Shown: positions 42,886 through 56,621, counted from the first letter of the stretch. The stretch is 64,000 bases of DNA from Waterburya sp. (GCA_965217895.1 CBDCJV010000002.1:2304001-2368000); one strand, 5' to 3'. Notes: a model not told the origin generated them from the letters alone. Numbers and translations are program-made.

Positions 42886-43002
42886 TAAGTTTGCCGATCA
42901 CAGATATTAACCGCGCAAGGCAGTCAGCGCAGACACCTCATCGGAGTGCGTTCCCCAGCGCGGAGTTGCTCCTCTTCAAAACGGTGTACCGCTGACTACT
43001 TA
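42886..43002. repeat. GC-rich nested-hairpin element downstream of apcE (MITE/small dispersed repeat-like)
   Basis: Arms GCAGTCAGCGCAGACACC / GGTGTACCGCTGACTAC (42920-42999) enclose an inner GGAG...CTCC hairpin; outer ends TAAGT...ACTTA. Confidence 0.5.
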
Positions 43003-43021
43003 ATAATGAGATTGTCCCAGT

Positions 43022-45757
<2,736 letters not shown>

Positions 45758-45891
45758 TCAGCTTTTAGAGTAAATCTTTTCGGACTTAGAAAGGTGATTT
45801 ATTAAGAACTATGTACTAACATTATAAGTTTAAATAGGGCGATCGCCCATATTTATTTATTTTTATGATTATCCGTGAAGCAAAGAAAAGA

Positions 45892-46710
45892 TAAGTACCT
45901 ATGCAAAATTAATTACATAGCGATCGCCGAAATCTCGCAAAATATGTTCGACGTGATGAGTTAAATGCTTCCAGCTTGTGTAAGCTTGAGCTTCGATCCA
46001 TTCATATTTCATAAATCGCCACAAAATTTCTATTAAGTTCAGTTGAGGAGAATAGGTTGGCAACCAAAAGATTTCCATTTTCTGCTTACGCCATTGTGCT
46101 ATCTTTTTCCGAAATGCTAGTGAGCGATGAATGGGGGCATTGTCTAAAACTACTACCGTGGATTTGTTGATTTGTTGAACATATAAATCCAAAAATTTAA
46201 TTACTACTTCACTAATGTAAGAATATAACTCGTTTTCTCTATTTAAAAGACCTAGAATATTTAGTCGTTTACTTTGTTTGCTATCTATTCCCACTTGCTG
46301 TTTTGTTTCTTGCCAAGCGTAGGGAACATAAGGAGTGAGACAGAATCCTGTTTCGTCCAAATAGCTTAAATCTATACTTCCCTGCTGTGATAACCTTTGT
46401 AAAGCTTTGAGAATTTGCTTTTTGACTTCGTACATCTTTTTGTCTGGTTGCCCATTGGTTACTTTTCTCACTCTCTTCCATTTCATTGCCAGACATTTTA
46501 GAATTCTTTTAACTGTGTCTTTGCTAGCAACTATTCCCCATTCTTCTCTGATTTTTTCAATTACCTGCTTAAGGTTTTTCGGATTTTGTGTAACCCACTT
46601 TTTAATCTGCTGTTTTTGTGGCGTACTAAAAATTTCTTTTCTTCCTCTTCCAAGCCGATTATACAAACCTACTAATTTGTACTTTGACCAGTTATTTTTC
46701 CAGTTGTATT
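45892..46710 (-). mobile_element. IS630-family element remnant (transposase 5'-truncated)
   Basis: DDE motifs LDETGF / LDNAPIH / PTYSPQLNLIE. One terminus TAAGTACCTATGCAAAATTAATT at 45892; coding similarity stops near 46710 with no start codon and no second terminus seen. Confidence 0.88.
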
Positions 46711-46818
46711 ACGATGAAATAATTGTTTCTTGTATTTGTTTAAGTCTGTAATTTTAATTTTAAATTTATATTAGTGCTAAATTTTACTTAAACAGTAATT
46801 TTTTCAGTCTAAACCACT

Positions 46819-46846
46819 AAAAAAAGACAGGTATAAAACCTGCCTC
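46819..46846 (-). terminator. Rho-independent terminator of petCA
   Basis: Minus strand GAGGCAGGT-tttat-ACCTGTCTT followed by a U run. Confidence 0.7.
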
Positions 46847-46878
46847 AATGTTATTTAATTCAAACTGCTAAAAATAAA

Positions 46879-47865
46879 TTAGAAATTCATCTCTGCTGCT
46901 TGAACTCTTTCGACTTGTTTCTTCTTAATTACCAATAAAATTTGGCAAATCATAATACCGCCAGCAAAAGCCATCAAGCCAGCAATACGGGCGGGACTTT
47001 GCAGAACTACTTCAGTATCCATTTGTCCAAAACCACCAACGTTGGGGTTGTTGGTTAAAGCTTCACCTGTAGCAACTTGCTGTCCTTCGGATACAATTAA
47101 TTCTGGGCCAGCAGGAATAGTGTCAGTTGCCGTGCCATCTTCAGTGTTGATGGTAACTTCATAACCACCAGCTTCTTGAGGGGTAATAGAAGCGATTGTT
47201 CCCGTGGCAGAAGCTTTAATTTGGTTGTTGTTGCTTGCTTCACCAGTAGGATATATTTGTCCGCGTCCTCGGTTAGCTCCTAAATGAACTGGATATTTAC
47301 CAAAACGGATATTTTTGTCCGTTTTGGGATTAGGAGAAAGCACGGGGAAAGTAATCTCTTGATACTGATCTCCAGGAAGAGGTCCGACAAGAACAACGTT
47401 ATCATCGCCTTCTTTATACTCTTGGAAGTAAACACCCGCTGATTCCTCCTTCATTGATTCAGGAATACGGTCTTCAGGAGCGATTTTAAATCCTTCAGGC
47501 AGCATCAAGACTGCACCGACGTTTAAGCCGCCTTTTGAACCATCTCCAAGCACCTGTTGACTTTCTAAGTCGTAAGGGATCTTGACTACAGCTTCAAATA
47601 CAGTGTCAGGTAAGACCGACTGTGGAATTTCTACTTCTGCCTCTTTAGCTGCGAGGTGGCAGTTAGCACAGACAATTCTGCCTGTGGCTTCTCTAGGAGT
47701 TTCTGGAGCAGTTTGTTGCGCCCAAAAAGGATATGCTTCGGCAGACTGAGAGATAGCAATATCGCTAGCGAAGAAAATAGCAATAGTCGCGATCGCCACA
47801 ATTGCAGATTTAGCAATTACCTGTTGAGCAAGTTTAATAACTGCTAATGGTTTCAATGTTCTCAT
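46879..47865 (-). CDS. petA: Apocytochrome f
   Basis: YPFWAQ mature N-terminus; CANCH heme motif; C-terminal TM and KKKQ. ATG at 47865 preferred. Confidence 0.97.
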   Translation of the reverse strand: MRTLKPLAVIKLAQQVIAKSAIVAIATIAIFFASDIAISQSAEAYPFWAQQTAPETPREATGRIVCANCHLAAKEAEVEIPQSVLPDTVFEAVVKIPYDLESQQVLGDGSKGGLNVGAVLMLPEGFKIAPEDRIPESMKEESAGVYFQEYKEGDDNVVLVGPLPGDQYQEITFPVLSPNPKTDKNIRFGKYPVHLGANRGRGQIYPTGEASNNNQIKASATGTIASITPQEAGGYEVTINTEDGTATDTIPAGPELIVSEGQQVATGEALTNNPNVGGFGQMDTEVVLQSPARIAGLMAFAGGIMICQILLVIKKKQVERVQAAEMNF

Positions 47866-47993
47866 TTGTTTGATCGATAATCTCAAAAAGATTAATATTT
47901 TATGAATAAATATTTGCTGTTAATAAAAAGATTCAAAATTCACGATTAAGGAAATTTCTGTATCTCCTTATCCCTCATCCTTTATCTCTTTAC

Positions 47994-48551
47994 TTAAACC
48001 CAATAAGGTTTTTTGTCAGTACGAAAGTCTGTTTCTGTCCACTGACTAAATATTAGTTTATCGTCTTGCTCTTCAGCGTGAACTAGTTGCAATGATAAAG
48101 GTGCAGGACCTCTAACCACTTTACCAGCCTCGTTATACTGAGAGCCATGACAAGGACAAATAAATTTGTTTTCACTAGCATTCCAAGGCACTACACAACC
48201 CAAGTGAGTACATACGGCATTGATACCGTAGTTGCGTAGAGTAGAATCACCCTCAACTACAACATAGGTAGGATCGCCTTTAAGACCTTGAGCCAAAGTG
48301 CGATCGCCTGGTTGATGTTCTGCTAAAAATTCGCTGATAACAATATCGTTGCCCAAAGCGTCTTTAGCAGTTACACCGCCAGCACCACTGCCACCAGTAT
48401 TAGGAATAAAATATTTTACAACTGGATATAAAGCTCCCAAGGCTACTCCTGTGATTGAGCCAAAGGTAAGCAAGTTCATAAATTGTCTTCGTCCCAGATC
48501 GGGGACATCATTGTCGTCCATGTTGGGAACGTTGCCAGAAATTTGAGCCAT
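47994..48551 (-). CDS. petC: Cytochrome b6f Rieske iron-sulfur protein
   Basis: RRQFMN Tat-like motif; CTHLGC and CPCHGS boxes. Confidence 0.98.
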   Translation of the reverse strand: MAQISGNVPNMDDNDVPDLGRRQFMNLLTFGSITGVALGALYPVVKYFIPNTGGSGAGGVTAKDALGNDIVISEFLAEHQPGDRTLAQGLKGDPTYVVVEGDSTLRNYGINAVCTHLGCVVPWNASENKFICPCHGSQYNEAGKVVRGPAPLSLQLVHAEEQDDKLIFSQWTETDFRTDKKPYWV

Positions 48552-48675
48552 AACTTAACTATAGATAAATTGTATTTTTTGTAAACTGAGGATAATGACA
48601 TAAACCAATGTATTAAATTATTACAGAGATTGAGTATTGATTCCACTCTGAGTTAGTTTCTTTTTTAATAAAAAT

Positions 48676-48996
48676 ATGATTACAGGCGAACAATTACACC
48701 AGCTTTTATTAGAAAAGTGGGGCTGTTCCTATGATGTACAACTAAGAAAAGTCAAGGGCAGAATTTTTGTGCAGGTAATGTGGAAGTACCTCGAACAAGC
48801 CTCTTTTCCCCTGTCTCCTCAAGAATACGCGGAAAATTTGAATGCGATCGCTAATTATCTCAATGCTTGGAATGGGGTAGAGCAGCTACAGTCTTTTATT
48901 CAGAAAACTAAAGAACGTCCTCGTTTAGGTAAAGCCGTCAGCCTTCAACTGGATTTGGGTGAACGCAGTTCGGAATGGATTTTGGACGATATTTAA
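48676..48996 (+). CDS. DUF3067 family protein
   Basis: 'KWGCSYDVQL...QVMWKYLEQASFPL...RPRLGKAVS'; divergent from petC. Confidence 0.85.
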   Translation: MITGEQLHQLLLEKWGCSYDVQLRKVKGRIFVQVMWKYLEQASFPLSPQEYAENLNAIANYLNAWNGVEQLQSFIQKTKERPRLGKAVSLQLDLGERSSEWILDDI

Positions 48997-49096
48997 GGAA
49001 TGTAAATAAATGTTAAGCTTGTCTCGGTTGACCGACAAAATTAATTGGTTGAGGATGTTAATAGTTGGTTGTTAATCTTAAATATGAATGATTTGT

Positions 49097-49202
49097 GTAG
49101 GGGCTATTCGTGAGACAGTTGCGGTGGGTCGAGACCCCGCGCCGCCGTCAGGCGTAAGGGAATGCTTTCCGATGTCGAACCCGAAGGGCGAATAGCCCTT
49201 AC
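49097..49202. repeat. Second GTAG-type REP palindrome interrupted by a 78-nt GC-rich insert
   Basis: GTAGGGGCTATTCG-[49111-49188]-CGAATAGCCCTTAC. Confidence 0.7.
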
Positions 49203-49236
49203 GAGACATATGTAAGAAACACTATTTAATTTGGTA

Positions 49237-50649
49237 TTAGGTCAAAAGTTTGGTGCTGCCAACCCATTGATCTTTGGCGGCAACAAAAGCACGAACAGAA
49301 CGGGTAATATCTTCCTCAGTCGTCGCCCAAGAACAGATGCTGATCCGAATAGCGACTCTGCCGTTCCAGGTTGTTCCACCTGCCCAGCATTCGCCAGATT
49401 TTTGAACCTGTTCCATAATTATCTTAGTGGCTTCGTCGCGATCGCCAGCGATTAGCACCTGATTGAAAACAACATCATTCAAAACATGAAAGCCTGCTGC
49501 GCTTAGTTCATTGCCCATTTGAACCGCTCTTTGATGCAGACCAAATACCAATTCATCCACCCCCGCCTTACCTAAATATTTTAAGGAAGCCCATAGTTCT
49601 GTAGCCCGCGCCCGTCTAGACATTTCAGGGGTATAGAGCATCCCGTCTCGGTTTTCGCTGTATGCCATATACGACCCAGAAGTATGGAGAGCATGGGTCA
49701 AAGCAGCTTTGTCACTGCATAATATAATCCCGCTATCGTAGGGCGTATTAAGGGTTTTGTGACCATCTCCCGACCAGGAATTTGCCTTTTCTATTCCTTT
49801 TGTTAAGTGGCAAAGTCTTTTTGTGCCAGCAGCCCAAAGACCAAATGCGCCGTCGATATGAACCCAAGCCTGGGCTTGGTTGGCGTGATCGCAAATTTCA
49901 TCAAAAGGATCGAAAGCACCAGAACTTACCTGTCCTGCTTGCAAAATAATAATTGTGCTTCCATCTAACTCAGGCACACAAGAGGAAATAATTCTGCCCT
50001 GGCTGTCCGTATCTACCCACTCTATGTTATCCGTACCCAAGCCTAATAGTGCGATCGCTTTGACAACCGTTCCGTGAGTTTGGCGACCAGTGACAACTCT
50101 AATCTTAGGCGCACCATTTAGTCCTTGCTTGTTAATGTCCCAATGATGGTTTTGCAAAATTCGGTATCGAGCAGCAGCTAAACCACAAAATATCGCTAAA
50201 GAAGAACCACTGACAAAACCAGCTACAGTTTGTTTGGGCAAGCCTAGTAGCTCTATCAGCCACGTTTCAACCACAGATTCAAGTTTGGCAGAGATGGGTG
50301 ACATGGCATAGAGTGCCGAATTTTGATCCCAAAAGTCAGCTAGCCAACGCACGGCAAGGGCTGCTGGTAAAACGCCTCCAGTGACGAAGCCAAAGTAACG
50401 CCCGCCGATTTGTGATGTCGTTCCAGGCGATCCATATTTATGTAGCTTGGCTAAAATGTCAGCCGTTTCTCCGACATCAGTAGGTAAGTCTTCAATAAAG
50501 TGTTCTAAATTCTCGATCGCTTCATCTGTGGGGAAAACATTGCGTTCGAGGGCATTGTCTGCATATTTAAAGGCATAACTTTGCGCCTGGTTAAATATTT
50601 CTTTGCGCTTCATTTCCTGAAACATCTTTGACTGAAAACTATTAGCCAT
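49237..50649 (-). CDS. PLP-dependent group II (aromatic-amino-acid/glutamate-type) decarboxylase
   Basis: RYFGFV, WVHIDGAFG, DGHKTLNTPY (PLP lysine), PEMSRRAR. Confidence 0.88.
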   Translation of the reverse strand: MANSFQSKMFQEMKRKEIFNQAQSYAFKYADNALERNVFPTDEAIENLEHFIEDLPTDVGETADILAKLHKYGSPGTTSQIGGRYFGFVTGGVLPAALAVRWLADFWDQNSALYAMSPISAKLESVVETWLIELLGLPKQTVAGFVSGSSLAIFCGLAAARYRILQNHHWDINKQGLNGAPKIRVVTGRQTHGTVVKAIALLGLGTDNIEWVDTDSQGRIISSCVPELDGSTIIILQAGQVSSGAFDPFDEICDHANQAQAWVHIDGAFGLWAAGTKRLCHLTKGIEKANSWSGDGHKTLNTPYDSGIILCSDKAALTHALHTSGSYMAYSENRDGMLYTPEMSRRARATELWASLKYLGKAGVDELVFGLHQRAVQMGNELSAAGFHVLNDVVFNQVLIAGDRDEATKIIMEQVQKSGECWAGGTTWNGRVAIRISICSWATTEEDITRSVRAFVAAKDQWVGSTKLLT

Positions 50650-50796
50650 CGTGTTTTTCCTTAGACTTAATGAGTTCGTGTTTTTACCTGACGTTGGTTT
50701 GGTCGTAGTTTAAAAATAAATAATTAGTGTGAGGCGATCGCTCTTATCCCACAATGGGCATTCTATAATTATTCGCGATCGCTAAATTTAATCTAA

Positions 50797-51328
50797 ATGC
50801 CCAACTATCGACGACTGTACATTCTTGGTGGCACTTATTTTCTAACGATAGTTACCTATTGTCGTCGTCCATTATTCAAAGATGCTCAAAACATTGAGCT
50901 TTTACGTACTGCTGTTGCTAAAGTCCAAGGGAAGCAACCATTTAAAATTATAGCTGCGGTAATTTTGCCAGACCACCTGCATTTTATTTGGCAGTTACCT
51001 CCTGATGATTCTAATTATTCTCAAAGAATATCGAGATTAAAAGTATTGTTTACCCGCGCTTATAAAGCCAGAAATCCCTCCAATCTGGAAATTTCCCTCT
51101 CGTTACAAACATCGAGAAAGTGATGTCTGGCAAAGAAGGTTTTGGGAACATTCAATTAGAGATGAAGCAGATTTGCAAAAGCATTTAGATTATATCCATT
51201 ACAATCCCGTCAAACATGGACTGGTTTCTTGTCCTCATTTGTGGTCATATTCTAGTTTTTCTCATTGGGTAAAGAGAGATAGATACGCTCAAGATTGGTG
51301 TTGCGTTTGTCAAAACAAGGTTTGGTAG
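50797..51328 (+). pseudogene. REP-associated tyrosine transposase (RAYT), frameshifted
   Basis: MPNYRR...TYFLT...LPDHLH (HUH) in the first frame. A second frame continues after about 51100: YKHRESDVWQRRFWEHSIRDEADLQKHLDYIHYNPVKHG..., ending at TAG 51326-51328. Confidence 0.9.
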
Positions 51329-51470
51329 GGTGGGCATTGCAAAATATATAGAACGGCAAGATTAATTGGTTAATGCCCACCATTATCGATATTTGATGTT
51401 GATTTGATTTGGTGGGCAGCAAGCTATTCTTGAAATGCTAATTAGCTTGTATTATTCTTGCCCACCCTAC
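51325..51470. repeat. REPIN-like doublet of inverted split REPs
   Basis: GTAGGGTGGGCA-[37 nt]-TGCCCACC, spacer, then GGTGGGCA-[40 nt]-TGCCCACCCTAC. Confidence 0.85.
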
Positions 51471-51497
51471 AGGCGATCGCTTTCAGCTAATTTTAAT

Positions 51498-51953
51498 TCA
51501 TTCGTTACGGATACTTCCATCGACCCAAATAGTGTTCCTATAGATGTTTTCTTTGAGGAAAAGATGTTCGATATCAGCTCCGACAAAACTAGCGTTAGTC
51601 AGATTACTTCTAGCAATCTCAGCAGATCCCAAATTAGCTCCATTCAAAATAGCACCAGTCAGATTAGCTCTTTTGAAAGTAGCCCAACTGAGTTCGGCAC
51701 CAGTTAGATTAGCTCCACTGAGATTGGAATGATCTAAACAAGCGGAATTGAAGTAAGTTCCAGTCAAATTAGCCCCACTCAAGTCAATTCCTTCCATATA
51801 GGAGTCGGACAAATCCAATCCACTAAAGTTAACTCCAGCCAAACTAGTATTGACAATCTGACCAATGAACAATTTATAAATAGTGAAATCTCTGACTCCT
51901 TCACTATAGAGTTTAAGGATATCTTCGTCCTCAAGCAGTGGTTTATCGATCAT
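51498..51953 (-). CDS. Pentapeptide repeat protein
   Basis: A(D/N)LxG-type repeats (GANLTGAELSWATFKRANLTGAILNGANL); AGGAG RBS. Confidence 0.9.
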   Translation of the reverse strand: MIDKPLLEDEDILKLYSEGVRDFTIYKLFIGQIVNTSLAGVNFSGLDLSDSYMEGIDLSGANLTGTYFNSACLDHSNLSGANLTGAELSWATFKRANLTGAILNGANLGSAEIARSNLTNASFVGADIEHLFLKENIYRNTIWVDGSIRNE

Positions 51954-52010
51954 GCTGTTTCTCCTAAATCATCTGTCGGTATTTTAGATAAAATTAATAA
52001 TCTAATGTTT

Positions 52011-52118
52011 TAATGCCCACCACAATTAATATTTAATGTTAATGATGGTTTGATTTGGTGTGCCACAAGTTATTTTTGAAACGCATAATTTGTTGGTGTT
52101 GTTTTTTGCCCACCCTAC
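52011..52118. repeat. Truncated, degenerate copy of the REPIN-like doublet
   Basis: TAATGCCCACC...TTTGATTTGGTG...TGCCCACCCTAC, co-linear with 51371-51470. Confidence 0.75.
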
Positions 52119-52197
52119 TAACGGTTATGACTTATTTCTTTAGGGTAGACAAACAAGTAAACTGGTTAATGGTCAAATCGGATAACTTGAGGTAGTC

Positions 52198-53331
52198 ATG
52201 AAAGACAGACGAGTTGGCGTAATTGGTGGCGGACAACTGGCTTGGATGATGGGACTAGAAGCACCCAAATTGGGTATTAAGCTGATTGTACAAACTCCCG
52301 ATCGAGACGATCCAGCCGTAGAGCGATCGCATCAGGTAGTTTTAACAAACATTGATGATGCAGAAGGGACAGATAAGTTAGCTCAAATGTGTGATGTTAT
52401 CACTTTTGAAAATGAATTTATCGATCTAAAGGCATTATACAAGCTCGAACAAAAGGGAGTATGTTTTCGACCTAGTTTGGATACTCTTGCGCCTCTATTA
52501 GATAAGTACGATCAACGTAGTTATCTCCAGAGTATTGATGTTCCTGTCCCCCAGTTTAGTCTTTATTCATCTGAAAAAGAGCTTGTTTCTAACTATGGTT
52601 TTTCTGTCGTTTTGAAAGCGCGTCGTCATGGCTACGATGGTCAAGGAACTTTTATTATTAAGGATCTTCAAAGCTTACAGACTTTAGCTAAAAGTGTTCC
52701 TGTTGATGAATTACTAGTTGAAGAATTTGTTCCTTTTGCCCAAGAATTAGGGATTATCGCTGCACGTAATGTATCGGGGGAGATTGCTATTTATCCCGTT
52801 ACTGAAACCTACCAGAAGAATCAGGTGTGTCACTGGACAATAACCCCTGCTGATATTAGTTATGAGGTAGCTGAAGAAGTAAAGGCGATCGCCCGCAAGA
52901 TTTTAGATAAACTTAAGGTAGTTGGAGTATTTGGCATTGAATTTTTCCTAACTGCCGATAACAAAGTGTTGGTAAACGAAATTGCACCACGTACTCATAA
53001 TTCGGGACACTATACCCTAGATGCTTGTTATATTTCTCAGTTTGCCATGCAGCTACAGGCAGTAACGGGTTTACCTCTGGGTTCGACAGAATTGAAATCC
53101 GCAGGTGCTTTGATGGTGAATCTATTAGGTTATGAAGAGTCTGAGTCTGAATATTTAGAAAAGCGCGATCGCATTTTAACTATTCCTAATTCCTTCTTGC
53201 ATTGGTATAGCAAAACATCTCATCCTGGTAGAAAATTAGGTCACGTTACAGTTATTCTCGATAGTTCACAATTAACTGATGCTAAATCGATTATTAGTCA
53301 CATCGAATCTGTTTGGTATGGAAAAGAATAA
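52198..53331 (+). CDS. purK: N5-carboxyaminoimidazole ribonucleotide synthase
   Basis: GVIGGGQLA, TFENE, GYDGQG, NEIAPRTHNSGH, GRKLGH. Confidence 0.96.
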   Translation: MKDRRVGVIGGGQLAWMMGLEAPKLGIKLIVQTPDRDDPAVERSHQVVLTNIDDAEGTDKLAQMCDVITFENEFIDLKALYKLEQKGVCFRPSLDTLAPLLDKYDQRSYLQSIDVPVPQFSLYSSEKELVSNYGFSVVLKARRHGYDGQGTFIIKDLQSLQTLAKSVPVDELLVEEFVPFAQELGIIAARNVSGEIAIYPVTETYQKNQVCHWTITPADISYEVAEEVKAIARKILDKLKVVGVFGIEFFLTADNKVLVNEIAPRTHNSGHYTLDACYISQFAMQLQAVTGLPLGSTELKSAGALMVNLLGYEESESEYLEKRDRILTIPNSFLHWYSKTSHPGRKLGHVTVILDSSQLTDAKSIISHIESVWYGKE

Positions 53332-53371
53332 GCAGCTATCAAAATAAAGACTTTTATAATATTACAAATAT

Positions 53372-53608
53372 ATGCCAACAGTTTTGAGGATAGGAGCATA
53401 TCGTTTTTATTTCTACAGTCACGAACCAAATGAACCTCCTCATATTCATATTGATAGAGATAATTTTTCGGCAAAATTCTGGTTAGAGCCAGTGGCGTTA
53501 GCTAAAAATATTGGATTTAGGGGTAAAGAACTCAGAAAGCTAGAATTATTAGTAAGAGAAAATCAAATCAACTTAGTAGAGGCGTGGAATGGGTATTTTA
53601 GCAATTAG
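53372..53608 (+). CDS. DUF4160 family protein (putative toxin)
   Basis: MPTVLRIGAYRFYFYSHEPNEPPHIH...AKFWL. Confidence 0.88.
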   Translation: MPTVLRIGAYRFYFYSHEPNEPPHIHIDRDNFSAKFWLEPVALAKNIGFRGKELRKLELLVRENQINLVEAWNGYFSN

Positions 53609-53861
53609 AGCCGATGAAAGAGTTCAGGATGTCTACTTTAGCGAAGATACTATTAGTGTAGATATTATGGATGGCAGAACTATTACCGTTCCTTTGGTTT
53701 GGTATCCTAGACTGTTAGCAGCTACCCCCAAACAAAGAGAAAAATGGTCAATTTGTGGTGGTGGCTACGGTATCCACTGGTCAGAAATAAACGAAGATCT
53801 AAGTACAGAGGGATTATTACGAGGCGCACCAGCACCCCGCAGCCAATTTCCAGATAAATAA
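53589..53861 (+). CDS. DUF2442 family protein (putative antitoxin)
   Basis: DGRTITVPLVWYPRL...GIHW..INEDLS; overlaps the upstream gene by 20 nt. Confidence 0.88.
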   Translation: MGILAIRADERVQDVYFSEDTISVDIMDGRTITVPLVWYPRLLAATPKQREKWSICGGGYGIHWSEINEDLSTEGLLRGAPAPRSQFPDK

Positions 53862-54078
53862 AATAGTCGTATTAAAAATGAACTAGCATCAATCTCTAAA
53901 CTGCAAAATCTACGTTAATGAATTACTTTGATAAATAATTTGTCGCTGATAATTATTCCTCAAGTCTGAGCAAATGTAACGAAATGCAAAGTATAATAAT
54001 CAAACTAGGTCACAAAGTCACAAAAACTTACTGAGTGACTTATGAGTGTAAACCGTTATTTGAGATTGATATATTTAA

Positions 54079-55497
<1,419 letters not shown>

Positions 55498-55624
55498 ATA
55501 TTTGTTACTTGTGAATTGTCCCTAGTAGCTAATAGGATGAGACAATGCTAAATGGCTAGGGCAACAAATGTCTATAACCCTAACACCTGCCAAATCAAAG
55601 ATAGTACATCTGCTTGCTTTGTGA

Positions 55625-56554
55625 ATGTTGCAATTACCAAAAACAAAAACGAAAAAAAATCTAGTCTCGGTAGATGAGGCTTATGAACTCTGTCGCCAAA
55701 TCACGGCAGAATATGCCAAAACTTTTTACTTTGGTACTCTGTTGATGCCAAAAGAAAAAAGCAAAGCTATCTGGGCAATCTATGCCTGGTGTCGTCTGAC
55801 AGATGAGTTAGTAGATGGTGCTAAAGCACAATTTACTACTAATGAAACTTTAGTAGAATGGGAACAACAGCTAGAATCCATCTTTGCAGGATATCCCCTA
55901 GATGATACAGATGTGGCATTAGTTGATACCATTCAACACTATCCTATGGGCATCCAGCCTTTTCGGGATATGATTGCGGGTCAACAAATGGATTTAGTCA
56001 AAAACCGCTATCAAACCTTTAAAGAACTTGAGCTATACTGTTATCGCGTTGCGGGTACAGTGGGCTTAATGTCCAATGCGGTATTAGGTATTGGGGCAGA
56101 TGCCAATGGTGTGCCTTGGGAAAGAGAAAAGCCCATCTACGTACCGACAGAAGAAGCTATTTCTCTAGGGATGGCAATGCAGCTAACTAATATTTTGCGA
56201 GATGTTGGGGAAGATATGCAGCGCGATCGCATTTATCTTCCTCTTGAAGATCTTCACGCCTTTAACTATACAGAGGCAGATCTATTAGCTGGAGTAGTTG
56301 ATGAACGTTGGAAAGCAATGATGAAATTCCAAATTAAGCGCGCTAGGAAATATTATAAGCAAGCCGAAATAGGTATTCGTTATCTAATTCGTGATTCTCG
56401 CCTACCAGTTTGGGCTTCATTGATGCTTTATCAGGGCATTCTTAATGAAATTGAAGCCAATGGTTATGATGTTTTTAATCAAAGAGCTTTTGTGTCAAAA
56501 CCCAAAAAAACTCTATCTTTACCCATAGCTTGGTTGAGGGCGCAAGTATTGTAA
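55625..56554 (+). CDS. crtB: Phytoene synthase
   Basis: YAKTFY, DELVD, YCYRVAGTVG, QLTNILRDVGED. Confidence 0.97.
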   Translation: MLQLPKTKTKKNLVSVDEAYELCRQITAEYAKTFYFGTLLMPKEKSKAIWAIYAWCRLTDELVDGAKAQFTTNETLVEWEQQLESIFAGYPLDDTDVALVDTIQHYPMGIQPFRDMIAGQQMDLVKNRYQTFKELELYCYRVAGTVGLMSNAVLGIGADANGVPWEREKPIYVPTEEAISLGMAMQLTNILRDVGEDMQRDRIYLPLEDLHAFNYTEADLLAGVVDERWKAMMKFQIKRARKYYKQAEIGIRYLIRDSRLPVWASLMLYQGILNEIEANGYDVFNQRAFVSKPKKTLSLPIAWLRAQVL

Positions 56555-56621
56555 CTTTTGTCGATGGGTATTTCAAGTTAAGCTGAGATATTAGAATAAT
56601 TACCAAAAACAAAAATTACTT

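Noticed and set aside
51950..52010. Remnant of an upstream toxin gene overlapping the pentapeptide start (ATGA)
   Set aside because: The frame is open for only about 19 codons, with no start codon or recognisable motif.
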